From the NCBI RefSeq assembly GCF_027594745.1, contig NZ_CP110854.1:1052241-1116240 (forward strand): a DNA stretch of 64,000 bases, in the 5' to 3' direction. Origin of the DNA: Saprospira grandis (lineage in GTDB: Bacteria; Bacteroidota; Bacteroidia; Chitinophagales; Saprospiraceae). The notes below the pieces were generated by a model, which did no database searches, had not been told where the DNA came from, and worked only from the letters and a program-made list of their open reading frames with translations. The translations under genes and the position numbers were made by a program. Shown here in pieces: positions 18,164-26,780 of this stretch; position 1 is the first letter of the stretch; each line of letters opens with the position of its first letter.

Positions 18164-18901
18164 TTAAGCTAAGGTTAGCAAGCGTTGCTCCACAGATTTG
18201 AGCAGGCCAAAAAGCGACTGAAAATTGTCTAGATAATAATAGACCGACTGCATTTCGTGCTTATGAAAATGGTGTTTCAAAACGCTTTCGAGTACAAAGG
18301 GGCGGAACTCACAATTTTGGCCTTTATGGACCTGAATACTTTCGCCGAAAGAGGACAAAATGCCTGCCCCATAAATGGCTTGGCCCTGAGCATTTTTGCA
18401 AACGCCAAACTCGATAGTAAACCAATAGAGGCGTTCGAGAGCGGCCACGGCATCGGGCAGATGAGCGACTTGCAGGCCGATGCGGCCGAACTCCTGCATA
18501 AAGTCGGCATATTGGGCATTAAAGAGGAGCGGAATGTGGCCAAAAGTATCGTGAAACATATCGGGTTCCTCCAGATAATCGAGTTCCTCCATTTTTCGGA
18601 GCCAGGTAGAAGAGGGGAATCGGCGTTGGGCCAGCAGGGCAAAAAACTCCTCTACGGGAATCAGGCCGGGCACCAGCTCGATACTAAAATTCTGTTCTTT
18701 TTGGAGCAGGGGCGAAAGCTCTTTAAAATTGGGAATAGCTTGGCCATTTAGGGCCGATTGGGCGGCCTTTAGAGCGGGCCAGAGTTCGGGCACCGCCTTA
18801 TCTTCTAGATTTTCCCATTGGCGTTTGAACAAAAGTTGCCAAACGGCTTGATCTTCGGCTTGATAAGCCTCATAATTTTGCTGCATCATGATTTTGCGCA
18901 T
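18164..18901 (-). CDS. phhA: phenylalanine 4-monooxygenase (aromatic amino-acid hydroxylase)
   Basis: HEPDMFHDTFGHIPLL iron-binding motif. About 245 aa, typical of bacterial PhhA. Confidence 0.85.
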   Translation of the reverse strand: MRKIMMQQNYEAYQAEDQAVWQLLFKRQWENLEDKAVPELWPALKAAQSALNGQAIPNFKELSPLLQKEQNFSIELVPGLIPVEEFFALLAQRRFPSSTWLRKMEELDYLEEPDMFHDTFGHIPLLFNAQYADFMQEFGRIGLQVAHLPDAVAALERLYWFTIEFGVCKNAQGQAIYGAGILSSFGESIQVHKGQNCEFRPFVLESVLKHHFHKHEMQSVYYYLDNFQSLFGLLKSVEQRLLTLA

Positions 18902-18934
18902 AAAAAAACCCGCTTTCTGCTTAGAGAAAGCGGG
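18902..18934 (-). terminator. intrinsic terminator/attenuator hairpin ending 4 nt before the phhA start codon
   Basis: On the minus strand: cccgcuuucu-cuaagc-agaaagcggg (perfect 10-bp stem) followed by U7, then AUG of phhA. Confidence 0.6.
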
Positions 18935-18978
18935 CCGAATTAAAGTATAAATGTATCTTTAGACAGGCAATAGAACGC

Positions 18979-19035
18979 TTACTCTAGCGGAGGCAGAGCA
19001 GCATAATAATAGCGCTGTAATTGAGTTTGTTTCAT
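18979..19035 (-). promoter_or_regulatory. candidate leader peptide ORF (MKQTQLQRYYYAALPPLE, 18 aa) with three consecutive Tyr codons
   Basis: Translated by hand from the minus strand. ATG at 19035..19033 and TAA at 18981..18979. It lies 45 nt upstream of the terminator hairpin. Confidence 0.35.
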
Positions 19036-19155
19036 CTTTGATTATCTTAAGCGCTCTAAATCAAGCGTTTTAAGGAATAAGGGCAAAGAAAGCAGGCCTT
19101 TTGCGAAAATCCAAGTTTTTTATTAGTTTTTTGTCATTGAACTCAAATTAATCCT

Positions 19156-20160
19156 ATGCACACACATTATCACATTCGACTTTCACAGGATGGGCAACTT
19201 TGGGCAGAATTTTCATTGCCCGAGGAGGCGGAGGCTAGTCTTTTGCTCAACTCATTAGAAACGATCTTGGACCTTTATCGGGAAGAGGACATTCATTTTT
19301 TGTTTAATGAGCGAAAAATCACGGCGGGGCCTGCGCAAAGAGAGCAGGAGCAATCCATTTTAGAATTGAGTCTAGCAGAACTTTGGGGAGATTTGGATGA
19401 GGCCTTATTGGTTTTGAACGGGCAAATTTGGAAGCTCTACCTTTTGGACAGGGCCTTAGAAGGGCCTGCCGAGCCGCAGCTTTTGGAGTTAGGGCCACAA
19501 CTGCAGGAAGTTTGGCAGGAGCCTGCTTCTTTATTGGAAGAATTGACTAATATGTTGGAAATGGCGCCTTTGCCATTGGAGGAAGAGGAAGACGACAACC
19601 CTTATACCGTTCAGGAATTGGCTCTTTTTCAGACCCAGATGGAATTTAAGAAAATCCAGTTTCGTCAGTACAAAGCCTTGGGCGAAAGAGCCATGCAGCA
19701 GCTGCCCGAGGCCGAGTTATTTCGGCAATTTTCTGCTGATCAAAACAGCATAGCCATTATTGTGCAGCATCTTTGGGGCAACATGCGTTCTCGTTGGACC
19801 GACTTTTTGAACACGGATGGCGAGAAAGACTGGCGAAACAGAGACAATGAATTTGAGCTATACCTCAAGGACCGTAAAGCGGTGATGGACTATTGGGAAG
19901 AGGGCTGGTTATTTCTTTTCAATGCGCTAGACCAATTGGAGGCCAAAGACTGGGACCGCAACATCTACATTCGGGGCGAGGAGCATTATGTTTGGCAGGC
20001 GATCGATCGGCAACTGGCTCATTATAGTTATCATATTGGCCAGATTGTACTTTTTGCTCGCATCTTTAAACAAGATCCTTGGGAAAGTCTTTCTATTCCC
20101 AGAGGCAAATCGGCGGAATACAACCAAATGATGCGAGAGGAAAACGAAAGAGAAGACTAG
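19156..20160 (+). CDS. hypothetical protein with a C-terminal DinB/YfiT-like (DUF1572-like) four-helix domain and an acidic N-terminal extension
   Basis: C-terminal half reads QNSIAIIVQHLWGNMRSRWTDFL...WRNRDNEFE...HYSYHIGQIVLFARIFK. Confidence 0.45.
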   Translation: MHTHYHIRLSQDGQLWAEFSLPEEAEASLLLNSLETILDLYREEDIHFLFNERKITAGPAQREQEQSILELSLAELWGDLDEALLVLNGQIWKLYLLDRALEGPAEPQLLELGPQLQEVWQEPASLLEELTNMLEMAPLPLEEEEDDNPYTVQELALFQTQMEFKKIQFRQYKALGERAMQQLPEAELFRQFSADQNSIAIIVQHLWGNMRSRWTDFLNTDGEKDWRNRDNEFELYLKDRKAVMDYWEEGWLFLFNALDQLEAKDWDRNIYIRGEEHYVWQAIDRQLAHYSYHIGQIVLFARIFKQDPWESLSIPRGKSAEYNQMMREENERED

Positions 20161-20164
20161 CGTT

Positions 20165-20217
20165 TGGGCGGGCTTATTCTGAGGAAGAAAAGGCCCGCTT
20201 TGCTATGATTTTTTTTG
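20165..20217 (+). terminator. intrinsic terminator
   Basis: gggcgggc...gcccgc stem followed by tttgctatgatttttttt. Confidence 0.5.
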
Positions 20218-20359
20218 AAAAAGCTGGATATTGAGCAGTTGTAAATGAAACTAGGCTGGAGGTGGAGACTTGAGCCTAGGCCATTTTAATTAAAATGAGT
20301 GCAGTAGTTCTCTATAAATGATAAATAAAGCCTCTCTTTTACCGTAAAAAGACAGCGAA

Positions 20360-21988
20360 ATGATCGATCTGCTGAATAAACTATTGTCGCTTACTACCGA
20401 AAATGAAGTAGTAGAATTTAAGGAAGCAAGAAGGCAGTATGATAAAAACAAACTGGGAAAATACTTCTCTGCCCTAAGTAACGAAGCCAACCTAAGTGGC
20501 AAGTCTCAGGCCTGGTTAGTCTTTGGTGTAAAGAACGATAAAACTGTTATTGGTACAATAATAAACGATCATCAAATCAATGATTATAAAGCAGAAATAG
20601 CGAACCACAGTAGCCCCAATCTATCCTTTGTAAATGTACATCGGGTAAATTACCAGGGACGAGATGTTTTAATGTTTGAAATTCCTGCTGCCCCAGAAGG
20701 TACCCCAGTTTCATGGAAGGGCTTTTGGTATGGAAGAGATGGAGAAAGTTTGGGCGCTTTAAATTTAAATGAGCTGGAAAATATTCGGAATCAAAACAAA
20801 AGTTATGATTGGTCTGCCCAGATTATTGAGCAAGCGACTTTAGATGATTTGGATCCGGCAGCAATTAAGAAGGCGAGGGAAATGTTTGCGATAAAAAACC
20901 CTAAACTAAAAGAACAGATACCGACTTGGAGTGATCGCACTTTTTTAAATAAAGCCAAACTTACGATTAAAGGTCAATTAACCCATGCCGCTATTTTATT
21001 ATTGGCTAAGCCGGAGTCGGAGCACTTCATTTCTCCTGCAACAGCTAAGATATCATGGATATTAAAAGACAAAGATAATTTAGAAAAGGACTACCAACAC
21101 TTTTCTTGTCCACTCTTATTAGAAGTAGAGAACGTAAAGTCAAAGATTCGGAACTTAAAATACCGTTACATAAAAGACGGTTCCTTATTCCCTGATGAAG
21201 TTGATCAATACGACCCTTATATTATAAGAGAGGCATTAAATAATTGTATTGCGCATCAGGACTACAGCTTAGGTGGAAAAATAAACATTGTAGAAAATGA
21301 GGCAGGTGAACTCATATTCTCTAATATGGGATCATTTATTCCTGTTTCTGTAGAACAAGTAATTAAGGCAGATGCCCCTGAATCTAGATATCGCAATTCC
21401 TTTTTAGCTAATGCCATGGTTAATCTAAATATGATTGACACCATTGGTAGCGGTATTAAGCGAATGTTTGTCATTCAGAAAAACAAATACTTTCCCTTGC
21501 CTGACTATGATCTTAGCAACAATCAGGTGAAGGTAAAAATTACGGCTAAGGTGCTTGATATAAAATATGCGCGAAAAATTGCCCAGCTCCCCGAACTATC
21601 ATTAGAGGAAATTATTCTGCTAGATAAGGTAGCCAAGCAAAAACTATTAACGGATGAGGAAATTAAATCGTTAAAAGCCAAGAAACTAATCGAGGGAAGA
21701 AAGCCCAACTTTCATATTTCCTCAGAAGTAGCTAAAGCATCGGGAGATAAAGCAAGGTATATAAAGCAGAGAGGGATTGACGATAAGTTTTATGAACAAT
21801 TAATTATTCAATATTTGAATAAATTTCAAGCAGCTAGTAGCGCTGACCTTAAAAAACTACTACTCGATAAATTACCTGAAATTTTAGCTCCCAAACAGAA
21901 AGAAAATAAAATCAGAAATATGTTGCAAAAGATGAAGCGCAACTCACTAATAAAGCTAAATGAAAACCGAGAATGGCAACTCGTTTAA
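20360..21988 (+). CDS. AlbA_2 (Schlafen-like putative DNA-binding) + HATPase_c_4-like C-terminal domain protein, often annotated ATP-binding protein or transcriptional regulator
   Basis: N-terminus MIDLLNKLLSLTTENEVVEFKEARRQYDKN...FSALSNEANLSG. C-terminal GSGIKRM motif. Lies in a low-GC stretch. Confidence 0.6.
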   Translation: MIDLLNKLLSLTTENEVVEFKEARRQYDKNKLGKYFSALSNEANLSGKSQAWLVFGVKNDKTVIGTIINDHQINDYKAEIANHSSPNLSFVNVHRVNYQGRDVLMFEIPAAPEGTPVSWKGFWYGRDGESLGALNLNELENIRNQNKSYDWSAQIIEQATLDDLDPAAIKKAREMFAIKNPKLKEQIPTWSDRTFLNKAKLTIKGQLTHAAILLLAKPESEHFISPATAKISWILKDKDNLEKDYQHFSCPLLLEVENVKSKIRNLKYRYIKDGSLFPDEVDQYDPYIIREALNNCIAHQDYSLGGKINIVENEAGELIFSNMGSFIPVSVEQVIKADAPESRYRNSFLANAMVNLNMIDTIGSGIKRMFVIQKNKYFPLPDYDLSNNQVKVKITAKVLDIKYARKIAQLPELSLEEIILLDKVAKQKLLTDEEIKSLKAKKLIEGRKPNFHISSEVAKASGDKARYIKQRGIDDKFYEQLIIQYLNKFQAASSADLKKLLLDKLPEILAPKQKENKIRNMLQKMKRNSLIKLNENREWQLV

Positions 21989-22075
21989 TTTAAACGGGAT
22001 TTAAACGGGATTTAAACGGGATTTAAACGGGATTTAAACGGGATTTAAACGGGATTTAAACGGGATTTAAACGGG
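21988..22075 (+). repeat. perfect tandem direct repeat, 8 x 11 bp (ATTTAAACGGG)
   Basis: Counted directly. It begins at the last base of the preceding stop codon and is followed by about 240 bp of AT-rich DNA. Confidence 0.95.
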
Positions 22076-22323
22076 AGACTAACGTAAATACCTGAAAATC
22101 AAAAATATAAGCCTCGTTTAATTTGGTTTAAAAAAATTTAATTTAATCGAATTAGCTATTTTTAAATGGTAAAAATTTAAGCCTCAGGAATCGACTAATT
22201 AGTCAACTAATCAAAACATTTTTACACAAAGCGCTGCATTTTACTAGAAAATTAGGGTATAATCATCCGATATTTTCATATATAGGCAAAGCAAAAATCA
22301 GAACCACCAAATATCAATGATAA

Positions 22324-23130
22324 ATGTCTACTAAAAAGAAACTACATATTCCCATCTTGGCCGATATGGCTGCTGCGGGCCAAGAGCCCGAGGTCCTTTT
22401 TTGGGTAGGTTGCGCAGGCAGCTTTGACGATAGAGCCAAAAAAGTAACTGTGGCCTTTAGCAAGCTGCTTTCGGCGGCGGGGGTAGAATTTGCCATTTTG
22501 GGCAAAGAAGAAAGTTGTACTGGAGACCCCGCTCGCCGAGCTGGAAACGAGTTCATCTTTCAGATGCAAGCCATGCAAAACATCGAAACGCTCAAGATGT
22601 ATAATGTGAAGAAGATCGTGACGACTTGTCCGCACTGCTTCAACATTCTAAAAAATGAGTATCCTGTTTTGGGTCTAGAAGGGGTTGAGGTCTTGCACCA
22701 CACCCAGCTCATTCAAAGTCTATTGGCGGAGGGTAAATTGACTGTAGAAGGCGGCAGCTTTGCAGGCAAGACCCTGACTTACCATGACTCTTGCTACTTA
22801 GGTCGAGCCAATGATATTTATGAAGCGCCTAGAGCTATTTTGGAGAAAATTGATGGGCAATTGACTGAAATGCAGCGTTCTCGCTCTAAGGGACTTTGCT
22901 GCGGAGCGGGTGGAGCCCAGATGTTTAAGGAAAATGAGCCTGGTGATAAGCGAATCAATATGGAGCGGGCTGAGGAAGTCATTGCTACAGGGGCCGACTA
23001 TGTTACGGCCAACTGTCCTTTCTGCATTACTATGCTTCAGGATGGACTCAAAGCAGAAAATGACAAGCGCCAAAGTCCTATTATGGTCCTTGACCTTTCT
23101 GAAATGATTGTAGAAGCCAATAAACTGTAA
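22324..23130 (+). CDS. (Fe-S)-binding protein with two CCG (cysteine-rich) domains, heterodisulfide-reductase/LutA-like
   Basis: Motifs TCPHCFNILKNEYP, CCGAGGAQMF, ANCPFCITMLQDG. Confidence 0.65.
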   Translation: MSTKKKLHIPILADMAAAGQEPEVLFWVGCAGSFDDRAKKVTVAFSKLLSAAGVEFAILGKEESCTGDPARRAGNEFIFQMQAMQNIETLKMYNVKKIVTTCPHCFNILKNEYPVLGLEGVEVLHHTQLIQSLLAEGKLTVEGGSFAGKTLTYHDSCYLGRANDIYEAPRAILEKIDGQLTEMQRSRSKGLCCGAGGAQMFKENEPGDKRINMERAEEVIATGADYVTANCPFCITMLQDGLKAENDKRQSPIMVLDLSEMIVEANKL

Positions 23131-23135
23131 GCCTT

Positions 23136-23618
23136 ATGGCCAATTTTGATGCCTTTTCGCCCAATAGCCGACTTTGGATTTATCAGGGCCAGCGCCCTTT
23201 TACTGCAGAAGAACAGGCAGAATGGAACCCCAAACTACAAGCCTTTGCCAGTTCTTGGTTGAGCCACCAAAGACAACTTAAAGCTTGGGGCGGAATTTTG
23301 CAAGACTACTTTGTGGTCCTGATGGTTGATGAAGAGCAAGCCGATGCTAGTGGCTGTTCTATTGATAAATCTGTTGCTTTTATTAAGGAGATGGGCCAAG
23401 CTACTGGCCAAGACCTTTTTGAGCGGATGTTCTTTTTGTACCGCAATGAAGAGGGCCAAATTGAAGGCCTTCCTTCTACTGATTTTGCCGCAGCCTTTGC
23501 TGAAGGTAAAATCAAAGCGGATAGCCCCGTCTTCAATAATTTGGTCCAGACCAAGGCCGAACTAGAAAGCAAATGGGAAATTCCTCTAGAAGAGAGTTGG
23601 CATAAGAACTTTGTTTAG
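23136..23618 (+). CDS. conserved hypothetical protein, co-operonic with the CCG-domain protein
   Basis: ATG lies 6 nt after the upstream stop. No recognisable catalytic motif. Confidence 0.45.
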   Translation: MANFDAFSPNSRLWIYQGQRPFTAEEQAEWNPKLQAFASSWLSHQRQLKAWGGILQDYFVVLMVDEEQADASGCSIDKSVAFIKEMGQATGQDLFERMFFLYRNEEGQIEGLPSTDFAAAFAEGKIKADSPVFNNLVQTKAELESKWEIPLEESWHKNFV

Positions 23619-23725
23619 GGTTTGTTTAATCTTTATCTCCTAAACAAATGTGGCCTCCTCCTCTTTTAATAGAGAAGAACATTTAGAACCGAAGTGGAGC
23701 TCACTCCCTTCACAAAAAAAGAATT

Positions 23726-24283
23726 ATGGCACTTACGCCCTCCAATATGCTGCCCCTAGGCACTTCCGCTCCAGCTTTTCAACTGCCTGATACCGTTTCG
23801 GGCCAAAGAAAAAGCCTAAGCGAGCTGCAATCTGATCAAGGCACCCTCGTCTTTTTTATTTGTAATCACTGCCCTTATGTCATCCATATCTTGCCTGAGC
23901 TCAAACGCCTAGCCCAAGATTATCAGGCAAAAGGAATTAGCTTTATCGCCATTAGCTCCAATGACGTAGAGAACTATCCCGATGATTCTCCCGAAAAGAT
24001 GAAGGAACTGGCCCAAGAAGAAGGCTGGGACTTTCCCTACCTCTATGATGAGGACCAAAGCGTAGCCAAAGCCTATGATGCCGCCTGTACGCCCGATTTC
24101 TACCTCTTTGATGGGGAAGCAAAACTGGCCTACCGTGGTCGTCTAGATGACTCTCGTCCCAATAGCGGAACGCCACTAACTGGCGCAGATTTAAGAGCCG
24201 CCCTAGATGCTGTACTCGCTAAACAAGCCGTTAGCGAAACGCAATATCCTAGCGCCGGCTGTGGTATTAAATGGAAAAAATAA
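23726..24283 (+). CDS. thioredoxin-fold protein (AhpC/TSA-like thiol-disulfide oxidoreductase)
   Basis: FFICNHCPYVIHI (CxxC) within a ~185-aa thioredoxin-like fold. Confidence 0.65.
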   Translation: MALTPSNMLPLGTSAPAFQLPDTVSGQRKSLSELQSDQGTLVFFICNHCPYVIHILPELKRLAQDYQAKGISFIAISSNDVENYPDDSPEKMKELAQEEGWDFPYLYDEDQSVAKAYDAACTPDFYLFDGEAKLAYRGRLDDSRPNSGTPLTGADLRAALDAVLAKQAVSETQYPSAGCGIKWKK

Positions 24284-24287
24284 CCCT

Positions 24288-25088
24288 ATGCATCAAGCAT
24301 TTTTATGGGAAATAAAGCAGGGAGGCCAAGCGCCTCCCTCTTTTGTCTTGGGCAGTATGCACAGTACCGACCAAAGAGTATTTGGCGGGCTAGACCAATT
24401 AACTGCTTTGCTTAAAGAGGTAGAATACTTTGCCCTAGAGTTTGATAGCCAAACCCTAAATGAAGAACAACAGCTTCAACTGCATTTGGCCCAACAACTT
24501 CCCCAAGGACAACAACTCTCCGACTTGGTTTCGCCTAGTATTTGGCGCAAGCTCCAACAACTCTTTGCTCAAGAATTGGGCATGCCCTTTTTGCTGGACC
24601 AATTGGTCCATAGCCGCCCTATGCTCATTCCCCAATTCTATAACCAATGGAAAAGCGCTAAGGATTATCCTATGGCCCTAGACCATTATCTCCTGCAGTT
24701 GGCCCAAGCAGAAGAATTGCAAATTGAAAATCTAGAGACCTTTGAGGAAATGCTCTCGGTCTTTGAAAACCTGCCCCTCCCCCCTCAAATCTGGGCCCTC
24801 AAAAAATTTGTCTGTCAAAGAGGCAAGCAATGGAAGAAGTTTCAGCAAAGTCTAGACGCTTATGCCGCAGGCAATCTGCCCTACCTGCTCAAGCAACAAC
24901 AAAAGGTTTCGGGCAAAAGCAGAAGAGTCATCCTCCTCCAACGCAACCAAGCCATTTTGCCCCGTATGCAAAAACTCATAGAAAAAGGCCCCAACCTAAT
25001 GGTCCTTGGCCTCTATCATCTGATTGGCAGCCAGGGCTTGTTGCGCAGCCTCAAACAAAAAGGCTATTTAGTACGCCCTTTGTTTTAA
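24288..25088 (+). CDS. TraB/GumN family protein
   Basis: MHQAFLWEIKQGGQAPPSFVLGSMHSTD. The ORF-track start at 24207 overlaps the previous gene, so ATG 24288 was chosen. Confidence 0.6.
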   Translation: MHQAFLWEIKQGGQAPPSFVLGSMHSTDQRVFGGLDQLTALLKEVEYFALEFDSQTLNEEQQLQLHLAQQLPQGQQLSDLVSPSIWRKLQQLFAQELGMPFLLDQLVHSRPMLIPQFYNQWKSAKDYPMALDHYLLQLAQAEELQIENLETFEEMLSVFENLPLPPQIWALKKFVCQRGKQWKKFQQSLDAYAAGNLPYLLKQQQKVSGKSRRVILLQRNQAILPRMQKLIEKGPNLMVLGLYHLIGSQGLLRSLKQKGYLVRPLF

Positions 25089-25310
25089 CGCTTAAGGTAA
25101 ATTAATTTGTATATCCCAAAAGATAATATTAGTTTTGTATAAGCAGTAGTTAGTCTGCTGCCAGAAAGATCAACTTTCTTCTAAGACGAGATGAAACAAA
25201 CGATTAAGATGTGCTTTTTACTTAAAACCGTGCACAGCAGAAATCATTACTCATTAACTACCTCTAGATTATGACCATATTTTACAATTGGTAGTTTTAG
25301 CCAGAAACAG

Positions 25311-25877
25311 ATGTGTTTTATAAGTCTTGAAAAAGTTTTAAGCGGCCAGGAAAGAACCTTTTACAGCTTTAAAATCTATGAGCAGGAAGAAGTGGAAACT
25401 GATGTTGAGCAAACAGAGTTTGATAAATTTAACGAGGCTTTCGAATACTACCAGCAAGATTCTCCCCAAGAAAATAAAAAGATAAAGGAAGAGCATCAAA
25501 TCATAATTGGTACAATAGCTAAATTGGTCAACTATAAAACTTCGGCTCTATGCTCTACTTTTTTCAGGGCAGAAAGACGAGCTTCAGCGCTCCCCCCGCC
25601 CCTTAATAAAAATAAAGTCAGCAATATTTTAGTCGCCCCCAATAGTAAACTAAGACTATATTGCTATATTCTTAATGATCATATCATCATTCTCTGTGGA
25701 GGAGGAATCAAATCGGAACAACAAGCCGAAAGATGCCCTAATGTTCAGGCACATTTTTTCCTAGCCAATAGAATCGCAGAGTTTTTTGATGCAGAAAAGA
25801 AAAACCTAGGTATAGATCAGCAGAGCAAGCAATTGCCCGATGAGTGCCTCGGATATAATCAGGGTTTTACTATCTAA
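25311..25877 (+). CDS. hypothetical protein with a C-terminal RelE/HigB (Gp49-like) toxin-like region
   Basis: C-terminal ...KLRLYCYILNDHIIILCGGGIKSEQQAE... resembles the HigB/Gp49 pattern RIhYhh....hhLLHGFhKKTQKT. Low-GC context. Confidence 0.45.
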   Translation: MCFISLEKVLSGQERTFYSFKIYEQEEVETDVEQTEFDKFNEAFEYYQQDSPQENKKIKEEHQIIIGTIAKLVNYKTSALCSTFFRAERRASALPPPLNKNKVSNILVAPNSKLRLYCYILNDHIIILCGGGIKSEQQAERCPNVQAHFFLANRIAEFFDAEKKNLGIDQQSKQLPDECLGYNQGFTI

Positions 25878-25887
25878 AAAAATTATT

Positions 25888-26283
25888 ATGAGTTCCGTTT
25901 TTGATAGATATGAGAAGAATGCCCCAGCTAATGTAAAACGCTTCTTAGACCACTCTTTTTCTTTTCATACTAGGGTCTTTAGCCTATTAGAAGCTAAAGA
26001 ATGGGACCTAAATCAGTTTGCCCAAGTGCTCGGATGGTCCTTAGAAGAACTAGAAGAGGTCCTTTCCTCTCCCAATAATAATGTGGACCTAATGACTATC
26101 TCTAAATTTGAAGCCGCCCTAGATGCCGATATTATTAAGGTGCAAACAGAAAAGGAGCCTAAAATTGAGATCACAATAAAACGAACAGATCAACTCGATA
26201 AAAATGTAGTGTCTACCAAAAGAGATTTCAAAAAATATATTCTCGACAGAGACAAAACTTGTAAAAGCACGCTAATCAAATGA
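25888..26283 (+). CDS. HTH (XRE-like) domain protein, putative HigA-like antitoxin/regulator
   Basis: FSLLEAKEWDLNQFAQVLGWSLEELEEVL is HTH-like. Internal ATG 25888 chosen to remove overlap with the upstream gene. Confidence 0.45.
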   Translation: MSSVFDRYEKNAPANVKRFLDHSFSFHTRVFSLLEAKEWDLNQFAQVLGWSLEELEEVLSSPNNNVDLMTISKFEAALDADIIKVQTEKEPKIEITIKRTDQLDKNVVSTKRDFKKYILDRDKTCKSTLIK

Positions 26284-26741
26284 GCAACGCAATTATAAAC
26301 TCCTTTACCGAAGTGAATCTCGAAGCGATCAATATTGATTTTCATGATCCCCAATTAGATAGTAAGGCAATTCTGGTCGAACTAGGATTTACCCCTACTG
26401 TTAAGACGGCTACAACGGTAGAGCTTTTTATTCATATTCGATATTATATCGTCGAGGATGAAAAAAATATTAGTATCCTCCATGCCGATTTTATCAGTGA
26501 CCTCCTCTTCAATAATGAGCAACTTGATTTCCAAAAGGAGGCCTTTGTCGCCAAAGAAGATTTTGCCCCAGCTCTTCAACGAATTATTGAATTGACTAAA
26601 GGCTATTTAATGGCAAAAAACCCCTCTAAAGTACTCAATAATAGCTACCTGAAATATATTGATGGGAATGAGCTCATCCAAGATTCAGACTTTTTTATTC
26701 CCCATAAAAAACTAATTCAACTACAAAAAGACGTTGATTAA
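26280..26741 (+). CDS. hypothetical protein (third gene of the low-GC operon; ATGA start/stop overlap with the HTH gene)
   Basis: Translationally coupled 153-aa ORF with no recognisable motif. Confidence 0.45.
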   Translation: MSNAIINSFTEVNLEAINIDFHDPQLDSKAILVELGFTPTVKTATTVELFIHIRYYIVEDEKNISILHADFISDLLFNNEQLDFQKEAFVAKEDFAPALQRIIELTKGYLMAKNPSKVLNNSYLKYIDGNELIQDSDFFIPHKKLIQLQKDVD

Positions 26742-26747
26742 CGCTCC

Positions 26748-26776
26748 CCAAAGCGGCCGAAGGCCGCTTTTTTTGC
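26748..26776 (+). terminator. intrinsic terminator
   Basis: gcggccgaaggccgc hairpin followed by ttttttt. Confidence 0.7.
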
Positions 26777-26780
26777 CCCC

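Noticed and set aside
23726-25088. Possible programmed frameshift or fusion between the thioredoxin-like ORF (23726..24283) and the overlapping ORF 24207..25088
   Set aside because: The downstream ORF has a good internal ATG at 24288 just after the upstream stop, and the conserved TraB/GumN sequence begins there. Simple adjacent genes explain the overlap.
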